This document shows positions 11,531-23,868 of a stretch of 64,000 bases of DNA, in pieces. The notes under the pieces are model-generated. The model was given only the letters and a program-made list of their open reading frames with translations, did no database searches and was not told the origin of the DNA. The stretch's first letter is position 1, and every line of letters starts with the position of its first letter. This DNA is from the human T2T-CHM13v2.0 reference genome, Homo sapiens: assembly GCF_009914755.1 (NCBI RefSeq), contig NC_060937.1. One strand, written 5' to 3'. A program made the translations under genes and the position numbers.

Positions 11531-13794
11531 TGTTTTAGTTTGGACTGCTGTTAAAAAATGCCAAAGACTGGGTAGCTTATAAAAAACAAAAGTTAATTCA
11601 TCACACTTATGGAGACTGGGAAGGTCAAGGTCAAGGTGCAGGTAGATTTGGTGCCTGGTCAGGGGTCCATTTCCTGCTTCACTGATGACACCATGTCACT
11701 GTGTGCTCACATGGTAGAAGGAAGAAGGCAGCTCTCTGAGGCCTCTTTCAAAAGGGCATGAATTGCATTCATGACAAATTTACCTTCATGGCCTAATCAC
11801 CTCCCAAAAGGCCCCCACTTTTAATACCATCACCTTGTGGGTTAGCATTTCAACATATGAATATGAGGGGAAGACAAATATTCAGATCATGGCATTCTGC
11901 CCCGTCCTCCCACATCATGTACTTCTCATATGCAAAATGTATTCATTCTGCCACAATCGGGTCAAATGTCTTAATTCATTCAAGCATCAACTGGAAAGTC
12001 TCAAGTCCAGAGCCTCGTCTAAATATCATCTAAATCAGATATGGCTGAGTCTCAAAGTCTTGTGGCAAATTGCCCTCCAGCTGTAAACCTGTGGAATCAA
12101 ACATAGTATGTGCTTCCAAAATACAATGATGGAACTCACATAGGATAAATAGTCCCATCCTAAAGAGAAAAATAGGATAAAAGAAGGGAGTAAGAAATCC
12201 TAAGTAAGTCTATAACTTTAAGGCCTGAGAATAATTTTTTTTTTCACTAGAAGCTCTGTCCTCCAGGCTCACTGGGGTGGAGGTTCCACATTCTGGACCC
12301 ACTAGGGTGGTCCATTAGGGCAATGGCCCTGTCCCCGTGGCTTTGCACAGCCCCATCCCTGCAGAGTTTCCCTGCAGTAGTCCCACTTCCATGGTAGCTT
12401 TTTCCCTGGGTTTGACATCTGCAGCCCTCCCAGGTTGGAAATCAGCTCTACCAGTCTAGGGTTTCAGGGGCAGCCTATCCCATGATTCCATCAGGTATTG
12501 CCATAATGGGGACTCTCTGAAAACCCCCATGGTGGTTTTCTGCTTAGGCTTTGTGGTTATCTGGGCATCCTCTGAAATCTGGGTGGAGCTTTGCTGAGTA
12601 CTGTGCGTGCTGTGCAGGGACCCACCAGTGTAGCCAAGGAATATAGCGAAGAGTTCAAGTAGCAGAGCCTTGAGGCAGCATGGGGAGCCAGCACCAAGGT
12701 CCCATGGGCACTCCTGTCCCCACTTTTAAAATCAGGCTCTGGAACTCTAGCCCTGTGATGGGAAGGGGAGCGCCTATAGTCTCTGAAACGCCTTAAAGTT
12801 CATTCTTCCATTGTCTTGTTGAATACCACTTCACTGATCCACATCAATTCCTATCCAATGGTCCCTTGTCTACCCTATTGTTTTTCTCTCCCAAACACAT
12901 TTTTCTCATTTTTTATAATATGGATAGGCTGAGAAGTTATTTTTAAGCTTTAAGTTTTTCTTATATTTTTAATAAAAGTTCTTTCTTCATATTGCTTCTC
13001 CCTTCTTGTATTTTACTATAAATATTTGAGAGTATCCAAGCTGCACTTTCAACACTTTGCTTAAAAATTTCTTCAGCTAAAAATCTTATTTTACCACTTG
13101 CAATTCTACCTTCGATAAATAACGAAGACATAAACATAATTCAGCCAAATTCCTTGCCACTTTATGACAAAGTTTACCTTTCCTCCAGTTTCCAATTAAA
13201 TGTTCATCATTTTCATTTTAGACTTCATCAGAATGCCCTTTACTGTGTTATTTCAACCAACATTCTGATCATAACCACTTAAGTATTCTCTAAGATGACT
13301 GAGGCTTTCCCTACACCTCTCTTCGCCTTCTGAGCCCTCACCACAATCACTCTGAATAGTTAGTCCATTCACTGCAATGTGGGCTTCTTCTAGCATGCTC
13401 CTCACAATTCTTGCAAACACTACCCTCTACTCAATTCAAAAACCACTTCCATATTTTAGACATTGTTATACCCCAAACATGGTACCAATTTTGGACTTAG
13501 TTTGTTGAGGTTGCTATAACAAGATATCATAGACTGAGTAGCTTATAAAACAGCAGACATTACTTTCTCACAGTTCTGGAGGCTGGGAAATTTAAGATCA
13601 ACATGCTGGCATATTCAGCATTTGGGGAGTACTCATTTTCTGATTCATAGATGGTGACATCTTGTTGTGTGGTCACATAGTGGAAGGGGCCAAGAGCTCC
13701 CTTGGGCCTATTCTATAAGCTATAAGCACACTAATTGTATAAGGAGGACCCTGGCCTCATGACTTTATTACCATGCAAATGGCCCCACCTCTCC
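11531..13794 (-). mobile_element. MaLR MLT1A0-type provirus (3'LTR 11531-11894, internal 11895-13491, 5'LTR 13492-13794 truncated)
   Basis: Two similar MLT1A LTRs in the same orientation. The PPT reverse complement (ttctgccccgtcctcc) is at 11895 and the internal-start motif reverse complement (ggtaccaattt) is at 13481. Confidence 0.9.
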
Positions 13795-14592
13795 AGGAAT
13801 TGCAAGATATTTGTTAAACAATTAGCCAGATTTATCAAGAAAAAAATAGAGGGAAACATAATTTACCTATATTAGGAAGGAATGAGGGGATATTATCACA
13901 GATCCTACAGACATCAAAAGAATAAAAACATGGTGAAAAACTTTACACCAGTAAAGTTGGTGAAAGTGTTAAAACAGACAAATTCCTTAAAAATCACAAC
14001 TTATTAAAATCAACTCAGGATAAATATAAAATCTGAATAGCCCTACATCTGTTAAATATGGTGACTTCAGAATTATTTGTTATCACATTCTTTCCTACAA
14101 AGAACACTCTGGCTTAGATAGCTTCCTTGGTATACTCTGTCAAACACTTAAGAATGAAACAATACTAATTTTATGCAAAAACAAAAAACTTGAGAAAACA
14201 AGATAATGCAACAGTTTCCAAACCATTATAATGAATCAGCGTAATCTGGGAAAGACTTTACATGGGAAACAAAGAAAACAAAGAAATGGAGGGAGGAATT
14301 GAGATGGGGAGGTAGGGAGAGGGAGAGAGAAAAGAAGCCTACAGAACAAAATATCTTTTATGAGCATAGACAATGACATTTTAACAAAATTTTAGCAAAT
14401 TGATCCCAGCAATAGGCTTTTATGCCAGGAATGCACAGCTGGTTGGTTTTACATTAAAAAAAAAAAAAATCTTTCGGTGAAATGTACTGCACTGATAGAG
14501 TACAAGATAAGTATGATTTCCATAAATGTAGAGAAATAATTTGACAAAGTTCAACAGATATTCATAATAAAAACTCTCAACAAACTAGGAGT
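13795..14592 (+). mobile_element. Old L1M ORF2 fragment
   Basis: attatcacagatcctacagacatcaaaagaata...aaattccttaaaaatcacaac...tttgacaaagttcaac...aaaactctcaacaaactagga are L1 ORF2 hallmarks; truncates the MLT1A0 5'LTR. Confidence 0.85.
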
Positions 14593-14619
14593 GTAATAGA
14601 ATATTGCATGACTTGTAGA

Positions 14620-15110
14620 GTACTGCCTCAACATTTGCTAACTATTTTAACTCTGGATATTTGATAGACATTTCCACTGTAGGCATTAGAGTCTTCACAT
14701 TCTATACAGAAACATTTTCACTATTTATTCAAGTTATTTAGTAGTATAAGATGCCTTTAAAAATTTTTAAATGTAGGTAAGACCATAATATAATTATATG
14801 CATTTCCTCAGATTTGTCCATTTTCTCAAAAGTTTTACATTTGATATGAATTTGTTATGATATCCTCTTTTTATAATGCATAAAACATCTACAATAATGT
14901 CACAGCTTTTACTCTTGCTATTGTTTATTTGAGCCATTTCTCTCTCTCTCTCTCTTGCTTTAAATCCATCTTGCAAGTAAACTGTAAAATTTTTTAGGCT
15001 TTTTAAAGAACTATATTTCATTTTGTTAATTATCTTTATTTTATCCCATTTATTATATACTAAAATTTACCTTTATATTTTTAATTTTAAATCGAATTTA
15101 GTTTTTCAAA
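14620..15110 (-). mobile_element. Very old L1M ORF2 fragment, antisense
   Basis: gatttgtccattttctc...ttatgatatcctcttt...ctttttaaagaactatatttcattttgttaattatc matches the reverse complement of early ORF2. Confidence 0.65.
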
Positions 15111-15119
15111 CTTACGGGC

Positions 15120-15490
15120 AAAAACTTCACTGGAATCAGTACAGGGTTACGACAAACCGAAATGTAATTGACTGATTGTTGAAGGCTCACTGTGAACAAG
15201 TCTGAGAGTTAAAAACTCAGGCTTAGAGGGGGCCCACACTCCTGTGGTTTTTACTTCCAGTAAACCTACCAGGTTCTCACACTGAAGAGCTGAGAAAAAA
15301 ATAAATAAATAAAGTCCTTCATGCTTTCCTTACTGGAAGGGAGAAAAGTATCTATTTCGAATTTTGGACTGAACATTCTTTTCTTAATGTCTATCCTGAA
15401 AGGAAACTATTTCACTAGAGCCTAACCCATGGAGATTTTACCAGAGCCTAACTGACCCAGGAGAAGGGAAATGCCCAACTGCAGCCTGCT
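15120..15490 (+). mobile_element. L1MC/L1MD-type 5' region fragment
   Basis: ttttaccagagcctaactgacccaggagaagggaaatgcccaactgcagcc recalled from L1MC/MD 5' consensus. Confidence 0.6.
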
Positions 15491-15529
15491 TGTAGTAGTT
15501 AGGGTTCACCAGAGTAACATAAACAAAAG

Positions 15530-15564
<35 letters not shown>

Positions 15565-15574
15565 AACACACACA

Positions 15575-15606
<32 letters not shown>

Positions 15607-15754
15607 GAGAGAAAGAGAAAAGAGAAAAGAGAAAAATGTAAGAAATTTAGCTTAAATGATTATGGATGCCAAGGAGTCTCAAGATCTGCAATCTAAATGC
15701 TTGAGAACCAGGAGAATTGATGGTAAAAGTTCCAGTCCGAGTCCAAGGGCAGGA
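15491..15754 (-). mobile_element. MLT2B-like ERVL LTR 3' part
   Basis: tgtagtagttagggttcaccagag...gattatggatgccaaggagtctcaagatctgca...ttccagtccgagtccaagggc. Confidence 0.8.
15531..15606. repeat. (CA)n microsatellite inside the MLT2 LTR
   Basis: long interrupted CA run seen directly. Confidence 0.95.
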
Positions 15755-15801
15755 GCTATTCTCATGCATCTCTGGTTATTACAGGGATATAGCACAATGA
15801 A

Positions 15802-16103
15802 CGTGGTGACTTTGTACTTTGTCAACCTAGGTAAGCTAGAACTACATTTTCCAGAATGCACTATCCTGCAATGGGGCATGGATTTATTGCTATTCTCTGA
15901 GGTGGTGTTAGGCCCAGTTGCTGTTGCAGCTCACATACTTGTCTTGGCATGGGGTTCACCTGCTTTGTATGGAGCAGGTCTGTTCTCCCTTGGACTCCCA
16001 CTGCAACTCCTTCAGATCTTCCACATCCTAGGGCAAGGATGTGTTTGCAGCTTTATGTGAGGGGTAACCACTTCTTCTGCAGGTCATCCACATTTTCAGG
16101 GCT
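15802..16103 (+). mobile_element. MLT2F-like ERVL LTR 5' part
   Basis: gtggtgactttgtactttgtcaacctaggtaagctagaactacattttccagaat...ctccttcagatcttccacatcctagggcaaggatgtgttt. Confidence 0.7.
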
Positions 16104-16108
16104 GAAGG

Positions 16109-16158
16109 TGTTACTGAAATGCCAGGGGTTTGATCCAGATCCTGCTGCTCACCACGCC
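16109..16158 (-). mobile_element. ERV1-class LTR terminal fragment (LOR1-like)
   Basis: tgttactgaaatgccaggggtttgatccagatcctgctgctcacc resembles the recalled LOR1 end; subfamily uncertain. Confidence 0.5.
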
Positions 16159-16286
16159 ATACATACATGTGTGTGTATACATATATGTATATGTATATGT
16201 ATGCATATGAAAGTTAATATCTATAATATTTTATATACATATATATTCCATTAATTCTGTCCCTCTAGAGAACCCTGACTAATACA
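16159..16286 (+). mobile_element. MLT2A/B LTR 3' end with TA-rich tract
   Basis: ...atatattccattaattctgtccctctagagaaccctgactaataca is the MLT2A/B terminus. Confidence 0.85.
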
Positions 16287-16457
16287 ATTAAACTATATAC
16301 ATAAGGGCCATGACGTTTCATCCATTTTCTCATCTGGCAGTAATTTCTTGAAGGTGTGCTTCATGCATTCCCAGCTCTTCCACTGGCTAGCCTGGAATCT
16401 CAAAATCAGTTACTCAACCTCTCCAGACCTCGATTTCTTTGGGAATTGAATTAAACA

Positions 16458-16891
16458 CAGTTGACTCTTGAACAACGTGGAGGGTGAGGTGTGGACTCCC
16501 CACACAGTTGAAAATCCACATATAATTGTTGACTCCCCAAAAACTTACCTACAAATAGCCTACTGATGACCAGAAGCCTTATCGATAACCTAAACAGTTG
16601 ACTAATACATATTTTGTACATGTATTTTATTCCGTCTTCTTACAAAAAAAGAGGCTAGAAACAAAGATTATAAAGAAAGTCATAAGGAAGAGAAAATACA
16701 CTTAATATTCATTAAGTGGAAGTGGATCATCGTGAAGATCTCCATCCTCATCCACTTCATGTTGAGTAAGCCGAGGAGAAGGAGGAAGAGGAAGGGGTGG
16801 TCTAGCCGTCTTAGCAATGACAGAGGCTGAGGAAATTCCGTGTATAAGTGAACCCACAGAATTCAAACCCGTCTTAACTAAGGGTCAACTG
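16458..16891 (+). mobile_element. Tigger2a (MER28) non-autonomous DNA transposon, inserted in a MIR remnant
   Basis: TIRs cagttgactcttgaacaac ... ctaagggtcaactg followed by TA; internal cattaagtggaagtggatcatcgtgaag. MIR-like sequence on both sides. Confidence 0.9.
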
Positions 16892-18744
16892 TAATTCATT
16901 ATGGTCTCTTTCTACTCTAAAACTATTATTCCATAAAATCCTAAAAAGGTATATATCACACTAAATTTCATACGTAGCGCAATATTAAATTTATAGCAAG
17001 GTCCCAGGGCAAATAGATAAATTCGAATTGATACACTTCACATTTTATCTTCAAATTATATTTTAAAATAAAACTTTAGCAATCACCAAAACCCTTCAAG
17101 AAAGAGGAGGATAAATAGAAAATTTAAAAAAAAAAATAGAAAGAGGAGGAAAGAATATTCTGAGCTATGTATAGCCAATGAATCCCTGACAAATTCTTAG
17201 AGCTCATCAGGTTACAAAGTGACAGTGAGAAAACACAAATCTTGCCAATGTGCTGTAATTGATTTTCAATTATAAGGTCCTTTCCCCTTTCTCTTGGTTA
17301 CACTGTAAAATTTTGTCATTTTTGGTGGATTCCAAAACATGGATTAAACCATATGGATTGAGAAGGGTTATTATGCCTCAAAGTTTCACTGATATGAATT
17401 GCCAAAATGTTTCATATTGAGATGTATCAAGAATGCAGCAAGTAATTGAGTCAGTTTTGCTGTTGTTGCCATTGTTACAATCTTTGGACAAAAAGACGGA
17501 GGGGTCACTATGTAGCAGGTGACTCTAGGAATAGAAGTCAGAATAATTTCCTATGCAAAATAAAAACCTGTTGGAAAACAAGATATTACAGAGTTCTAGA
17601 GTTATTTGCAGAGGGAAGGCCTAAAAGTTCTTCTCTGTGCATTTTAAAGACTCCTAATTTGTTTAGGGAACTTCCACATTTATTTCACAACTTTAATTGC
17701 TTAATCTAAATGGAGTTCAAGTTTTTCCAGGGGAAAAAAACTTGGTTTGTCTCAACAGTTGTCAGATTTTGTAAAAGAGACTTAAGCCAAGCTGTTCTAG
17801 CAATTATCATTTTATTTAAGAAGCTAGCATTGAAAAATAAAACAACCTTGGATCACCAGCCTGAAATGCATGAGATTTTTAATTACTTTTAAAGACATGA
17901 ATAATCTAATTTGAAATGTTAATCCTTGAGTGTGCATTGGGACAAAAGTTAACAATTGTATCTTGTTAGTGATAACCAATACTCAACGGTTAGTAAATTA
18001 TTTGTTACATGAGAATCACTGGTGAGAATGTAAGGTTTACATGAAAAGGCAAGAAATAAAAGTAAATTACTAATGGATAACTTCATTTCTCTAACAGTTT
18101 TATCTACACCACTCACTTTAAGAGATAGCAACAGTCACACCACACACACTCTTCGAGGGAATAGAAATAAAGTCAACATTTTGTGATGTTATAATAAATA
18201 CATTTTCCATGGAAAATAAAATTTCACCTAAACTAAATTAAAATGACATTATCATTATCCTAGGAAATAAAAAAATTCTAAAAGACATTAAAATTTGTAT
18301 GCGAATCTGTATTCATTAACAGTTAATCACAAAGATATGAATGTAATTGCCGTTAAGTACAAGTAAGAATGTTTTTTTAACAAAAGGGAGTGAAATGGAC
18401 TAGGGAATTTATTAACCAATCAATAACCAATTTAATAACCTACCAATTTATTAACATATATTGAAAACAGAATAAGTTGTACTTTTTAAATAAGAAATAT
18501 CTTTGCTATGCTATGTGATTTTTAGCTGTTTGAGATTTATCAAACATAGATTTGTTTTTTACTGTATTGCATCAATAATTCTATCTGGTATTCGATGTAT
18601 TAAATATAACAGAGTTTAGCACATCCACAGCTTAATAATTGGTGTTATTTTACAAATTCAGTAAGCTGCATCTAATTGAAAATACCTCTGCCAGTGAGAA
18701 TGGAATGAGGCAGTAAAAGTGAGAGATAAAGCAGATTAGAAAAT

Positions 18745-18798
18745 AATTGGGGAGGCATGTTTCAAAATTGGGGAGGCATGTTTCAAAATTGGGGAGGC
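18745..18798. repeat. Perfect 21-bp tandem repeat, 2.6 copies (aattggggaggcatgtttcaa)
   Basis: units at 18745, 18766 and 18787 (partial), no mismatches. Confidence 0.97.
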
Positions 18799-18985
18799 TG
18801 AATTAAAAGAACTGGGCTAACATTTGATAGGACAATCAACTGTGCAATTTTATGAACTGAGAAAGTGTACTGACACAAGAAAATGTTATGAAAACAGCAG
18901 AGTTAGGAAGGGCATAAGTTCTTTTTATACTCAGAATCTATGATTTTATGGATTCCAAAGAGGAAAGCTGAATGCATAGTGGAGC

Positions 18986-19620
18986 AGTATTAGGGTTCTC
19001 CAGAGAAAAAGAACCAGTAGCATTAATGGATAGATAGATACAGTATATATATAAAATATATATGTGTATATATATTATATATACGTATACAATACATAGT
19101 ATATATAATATATAGTATATATAGTATATACATACTATATATAATACACTATATATTACTATATATAGTATATATTATATATAGTATATATAATATATAG
19201 TGTTATATATATGATATATACTATATATATCATATATAGTGCACACACACACACACAAACGGAGAGAGGTTATTTTAAGGAATTGGTTTATGTGGTTGTG
19301 TGGCTGGCAAGTCTAAAATTTGCGAAGTAGACCAGCAGGATGGCAATCCAGGGGAGATTAGGTGTTGCTGTGTGAGTTCAAGGGCAGTCTGGAGGCAGAA
19401 TTCCCTCTTCCTTGGGGGATGTCAGTCTTTCGCCTTAGGACTTCAGCTGATTGGATGAAGCCCATTCATGCTTTGGAGGATAAACTGTTTATTTAAAGTC
19501 TACTGATTTAAGTGTTAATCTCGGGGAAAAAAAAAGGTTTACTGCAACATTCAGTTGTGTTTATCCAAATATTTGTATATGGTGGCCTAGCCAAGTTGAC
19601 ACAGAAAACTAGCCACCACG
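18986..19620 (-). mobile_element. MLT2C/D ERVL solo LTR with expanded AT-rich microsatellite (19043-19240)
   Basis: gtattagggttctccagagaaa...ggaggcagaattccctcttcc...gattggatgaagccca...ggcctagccaagttgacacagaaaactagccaccac. Confidence 0.88.
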
Positions 19621-21334
19621 GGCACTGTATTGGAAAACTTGAGAGAAAACAGTAGTCACAGTTTTTGCTTTTAAAGATGAGTATGAACAGTAGATGGAAG
19701 GAGAATCAGCCAAGTAAGCCTTTTGCAATAGAAAGATACAAACTCCAATAAAACACCTGAAGTAACATAAAAATAAGGCAAATGCCCAAAAGATAAAAAT
19801 GGAAAAGAAGCTACAAAAAGAGTATTTGGTTGGCATTCTCTGACTATTCTCAGGATATTTGAAGAATCAAAGGTTCTGGAATAAGGAATAGAGAAAAAAA
19901 TCTTTAATCGAAAAGGGAGACTGAACTGGTCACTAGATTTTATGGTGTAAAATAATATTCTAGTCTCTAGAAGGAAAATCTGCCAACTAGACAGGGAGAA
20001 GGCAAGGGAATTTGTCTGTTCTGCTCTAGACAGTAGTGAAAATGACATAAAATAAAGTAACTCTCTCAAAAAATGTATGACCAGAGACTTACCTTTGGAA
20101 CAGTAATTCACATCATCTGAGTAGTTCAGGAAGTTTTACATAGAGAAATTAGCATAAAATGTATAACATATGATATCCCTGACATAAATTAACACAGCAT
20201 CTCTCCAGCGATAGGTCCTCAGTACAGGGTAGAGAGAAATCTCAAGGATAAAAACTCACAAAGCATAAGCCTCCATCCAATACTACAAATACATGAGGGG
20301 GAAATACCCACTCTCAGAGAAAATCAGTGAAAAATAAAAATAAAGTTTGGCCCTCATTAAAATTAGAAAAGGAGGGTTTTTTAAAATATTAAATATAAAA
20401 GTAAGTGTGCCTAAAATAAATCAATATATAAATGTTGGAATAAAAATATGTTATTAATAAAAAATATAAGACAATGTAGACAAACACTTAATAAGATAAT
20501 AGTAAAGCCACTAAGAGAAATTCTGGGAGGCAAAAAAAAAAATATTCTCACATATTAAGACAATAAAACTTGTTAAGTCAGAAAATGTTTGTGAAGGTAT
20601 ATTGTTTAGGAGCAAAACAGAAATTTTAACCACCTTCTCTAACTATAATGATATTATTACAAGCAGTAAGATATAACTAAATATATCTTATATAATTGAA
20701 ATTTTAAATACATACCATGATGGGTCAATGAAGATATTTTAATACATATTTATTTAAAAATATTTTGTATTGAACAAAAATTATATTGAAAAGTTTAGTT
20801 TAGTTATTCATATAAGGTGCTACAGAGATCAAAATTTCTAGGAAAAATGCTTATAATCCAAAGGAAGAAATGAACTTATGTTTTAGGTTAAGAAGTTCTC
20901 ACAGAGAACAGATTCACTAAAAAAAGGTAGACAGAAAGAAATAATAAAGATGTGTCAAAATTAATAATATTAATATAAATAAAATTGAAAAATACAGACG
21001 GTCCCTTGACCATTGAAGAAATGAAAACTTAACTGAAAAAGGTACACATAAGATTCATCACACTCATGTCTCATTTTATGGGCTAAAAGTTTCTTCATTC
21101 CAAAATCTGACAAGGACAGAACAAGAAAGAAAAATTATACTCCTATCTCATTAAGAGTCACTAGCCCTATATATAATATTATCAAGCCAATCTTGAATTA
21201 TATGTTAGAAAACATATGATTAGGCTGAATTAAATCACTGGAGAGTGAGGATGGCTGACCCTTAGAAATCCATGAAAGTAACCTACCACATTAAGTAATT
21301 CACATAAGAAAATAAAAGATTATCTTTAAAATGC

Positions 21335-21690
21335 TGCTATGGTCTGAAAGTTTGTAATCCCTTGAAATTCATATTTTGAAATCCTAACCTACAAGGTGAT
21401 GGTGTAAGGAGGTGGAAGATTTGGGAGGTGATTAGTTCATAAGGATAGAGCCCTCATGATGGGCATAGTACCCTTATAAAAGAGGTCCCAGAGATCTTCC
21501 TCACATCTCCCACCAGAGTGCACACAGCAAAATGGCACCATTTGTGAACCAGGAAATGGGCCCTCACCAGGCACAATGCAGCTTGATCTTGAACTTTCCA
21601 GGCTCCAAAACTGTGAGAAACAAATTTCTGCTGTTAATAAGCCAAGCAGGTTATGGTATTTTGTTATAGCAGCTTGAACAGACTAAGACA
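21335..21690 (+). mobile_element. MLT1A0 solo LTR
   Basis: tgctatggtctgaa...gactaagaca; 5-bp TSD aatgc/gatgc inside an L1 ORF2 remnant. Confidence 0.9.
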
Positions 21691-21769
21691 GATGCAAAAA
21701 AAGATCTGATGAAATGTCCTCACTCATTCACATAAAAAAAACTACTTTCAGAAAATAAGAATAGGTGGT

Positions 21770-22031
21770 CCTTGCATAAATATTATATTTTCTAGTAGCA
21801 ATATTTTTAAAAAGTAAAAAGAGTTAGGTGAAATCAATGTAATAATATACTTTAACCCAATGCATATTATTATTATAAAAACTGTCAGCATAAAAAAATC
21901 GTTAAGATATTTTGCACTCTTTTTTGTACTCTATGACTGCCAGTGAATATTTATCACTTACAATAAACCTTAGGTAGATGTAGCTGTATTTCAAGAATTC
22001 ATTCGCAATGTGTGGCTATTTGATAGCATGG
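21770..22031. mobile_element. MER33 (hAT-Charlie) fragment
   Basis: ttttctagtagca...aaaagtaaaaagagttaggtgaaatcaat...tttaacccaa...atttcaag...atgtgtggcta. Confidence 0.75.
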
Positions 22032-22906
22032 ATCTCATGTATTCTAATACAAACTTACAGCAATTAAAATACCAAAGGGTGAGATAAATGGAATGAAGCA
22101 TAATGCCTCTCACTGATACTTTTATTTAACTCTATAATGAGAAGCCTCAGTAAAAAGATATAAGGAATGAAAAGAATAAAAGCTACAGATATTTTAGATC
22201 ATAAGATAATCCACATAAAAAATTCAAGAGAACCTTAGACAAACTATTAGAATTCATTTGATAACTTACAATGATTAAAGGATATAAATCATATGCAAAA
22301 AGCAATTGAATTTCAATACATTTATTTAAGTTAGAAAATACCACAATAAAGGATAACATTTACTACAGGAGTATCTAAGGGAAGGAGAAGTCAGTAGCAA
22401 AATGTGTTCAAATCCTGTGTGGAGATAATTATAAAACATTATTAAATTATAATGCAGAAAATCTAAATCAAAAGAGAAAAATGTTATTTTAATGGTTAAA
22501 ACTTAATGTCATAAAGATGTCAATTATTTCCAATTAAAATAGCAGTAGCTTTTTAATTGGAACTTAATGAAAACATTAACTTAACATTTTCTGTATTTGG
22601 CCAGTGTTAACCTTTTTTTTTTTTTTTTTTTTTTGTGCAGTTGAGTGATTCCCATGACTGTAGCAAAAACAATGAGGAGAATGTTTTAAGAAGGAGTGGC
22701 ATTTTACTTTTTAAAAAATTACGTTTGAAATTGTGCTTCTATGCAGAACCAGAACTGTGTTCAAGTTATGCTTTTTATTAGGCTGAGACTTAATAAAAAG
22801 TAAAAGTAATATATCACATATTTTCGTTTTAGTAGAAAATGCTTTATTTCTATCAAATTGAAAAGTCGGATTCATTCTTCAGGCAAGATGCTTACCAATA
22901 ATAAAT

Positions 22907-23283
22907 TGTGTTAGTCCATTTTCATGCTGCTATGAAGAAATACCTGAGAATGTGTAATTTATAAAGGAAAGCAGTTTAATTGACTCACACTTCCTCGTGG
23001 CTGGGGAGGCCTCAGGAAACTTATAATCATGGCAGAAGGGAAAACAAATACCTTCTTCTTCACATGGCAGCAGGAGAGAGAAGTGCAAGCAGGGGAAATG
23101 CCAGACACTTATAAAAGCATCAGATCTCATGAGACTCACTGACTATCATGAGAACAGCATGGGGGAACTGCCCCCATTATCTAATCACCTCCCACAGGGT
23201 CCCTTCCCCAACACATGGGTATTACAATTCAGATTACAATTCAAAATGAGATTTGGGTGGGGACACAGAGCCAGACCATATCA
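22907..23283 (-). mobile_element. THE1D solo LTR
   Basis: tgtgttagtccattttcatgctgctatgaagaaatacctgag...ggggacacagagccagaccatatca; TSD taaat/tcaat. Confidence 0.92.
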
Positions 23284-23321
23284 TCAATGATACAAATAAC
23301 CAGACAACACAACAAGATTAG

Positions 23322-23695
23322 TGTCATAATCTAATCAGGCTTTTATAACAAAATACCATAGACTATGTGGCTTCTATACAATAGAAATGTGTTTCTCACA
23401 GTTCTAAGAATACGAAGTCAAGGGGCTGGCAGAAGTCAAAGTGTTGCCAGGGTGCTGACAGATTCGTAGTCTGATGAGTGTCCACTTCCAGGCTCAAAAT
23501 GGCTGTCTTTTTCCTGTTTCCTTAGATGGTAGAAGGGAGAGGCAAGAGATTACTCTGGAATCTCTTTTATAAAGGGAGTAATCCCATTGACAGTGGGTTC
23601 TACCTTCACAACCCAGTCATCTTTCAAAAGCCCCCACTCCCTAATAACATCACATTAGGGGTCAGGATTTCAACATGTGAGTTTTAGGGAGATGT
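23322..23695 (-). mobile_element. MLT1A/MLT1A0 LTR
   Basis: ataacaaaataccatagact...tttctcacagttct...catcacattaggggtcaggatttcaacatgtgagtttt. Confidence 0.85.
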
Positions 23696-23868
23696 ACTAA
23701 TGTAATATATGTCAGTTAGACTGCAGGTGCTTTGAGTTAAGCAAATAAACCCAAATCAAGATGGCTGACAACTGGTGCCCAAGGAAAAGCACTCCAACAC
23801 ATAGTAAAAAGACAAATACCTTCTAGAAGATTTCAAGGAACAGTAAACCAAGAAGATAAGTTGTTATT

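Larger units (their letters stand above)
20050..22560 (+). mobile_element. Highly degraded L1ME-type ORF1/ORF2 fragments, interrupted by MLT1A0 and MER33
   Basis: A-rich, with L1 motifs atgggtcaatgaagat, ccaaaatctgacaaggac, gatgcaaaaaaagatctgatgaaat, aaactattagaattcat, ataaagatgtcaatt. Confidence 0.65.

Noticed and set aside
15656-16254. 134-aa and 101-aa ORFs
   Set aside because: They run across unrelated LTR fragments and a microsatellite; chance ORFs.
18745-18798. Direct repeats as a possible CRISPR-like array
   Set aside because: No spacers, only 2.6 units, and the DNA is eukaryotic.
19609-20111. 146-aa hydrophobic minus-strand ORF
   Set aside because: Antisense of A-rich degraded L1-like sequence; the Phe/Leu/Ser bias is compositional.
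22613-22640. T22-gtgcag as a plus-strand splice acceptor
   Set aside because: No convincing downstream donor seen; probably a simple poly(T) run.
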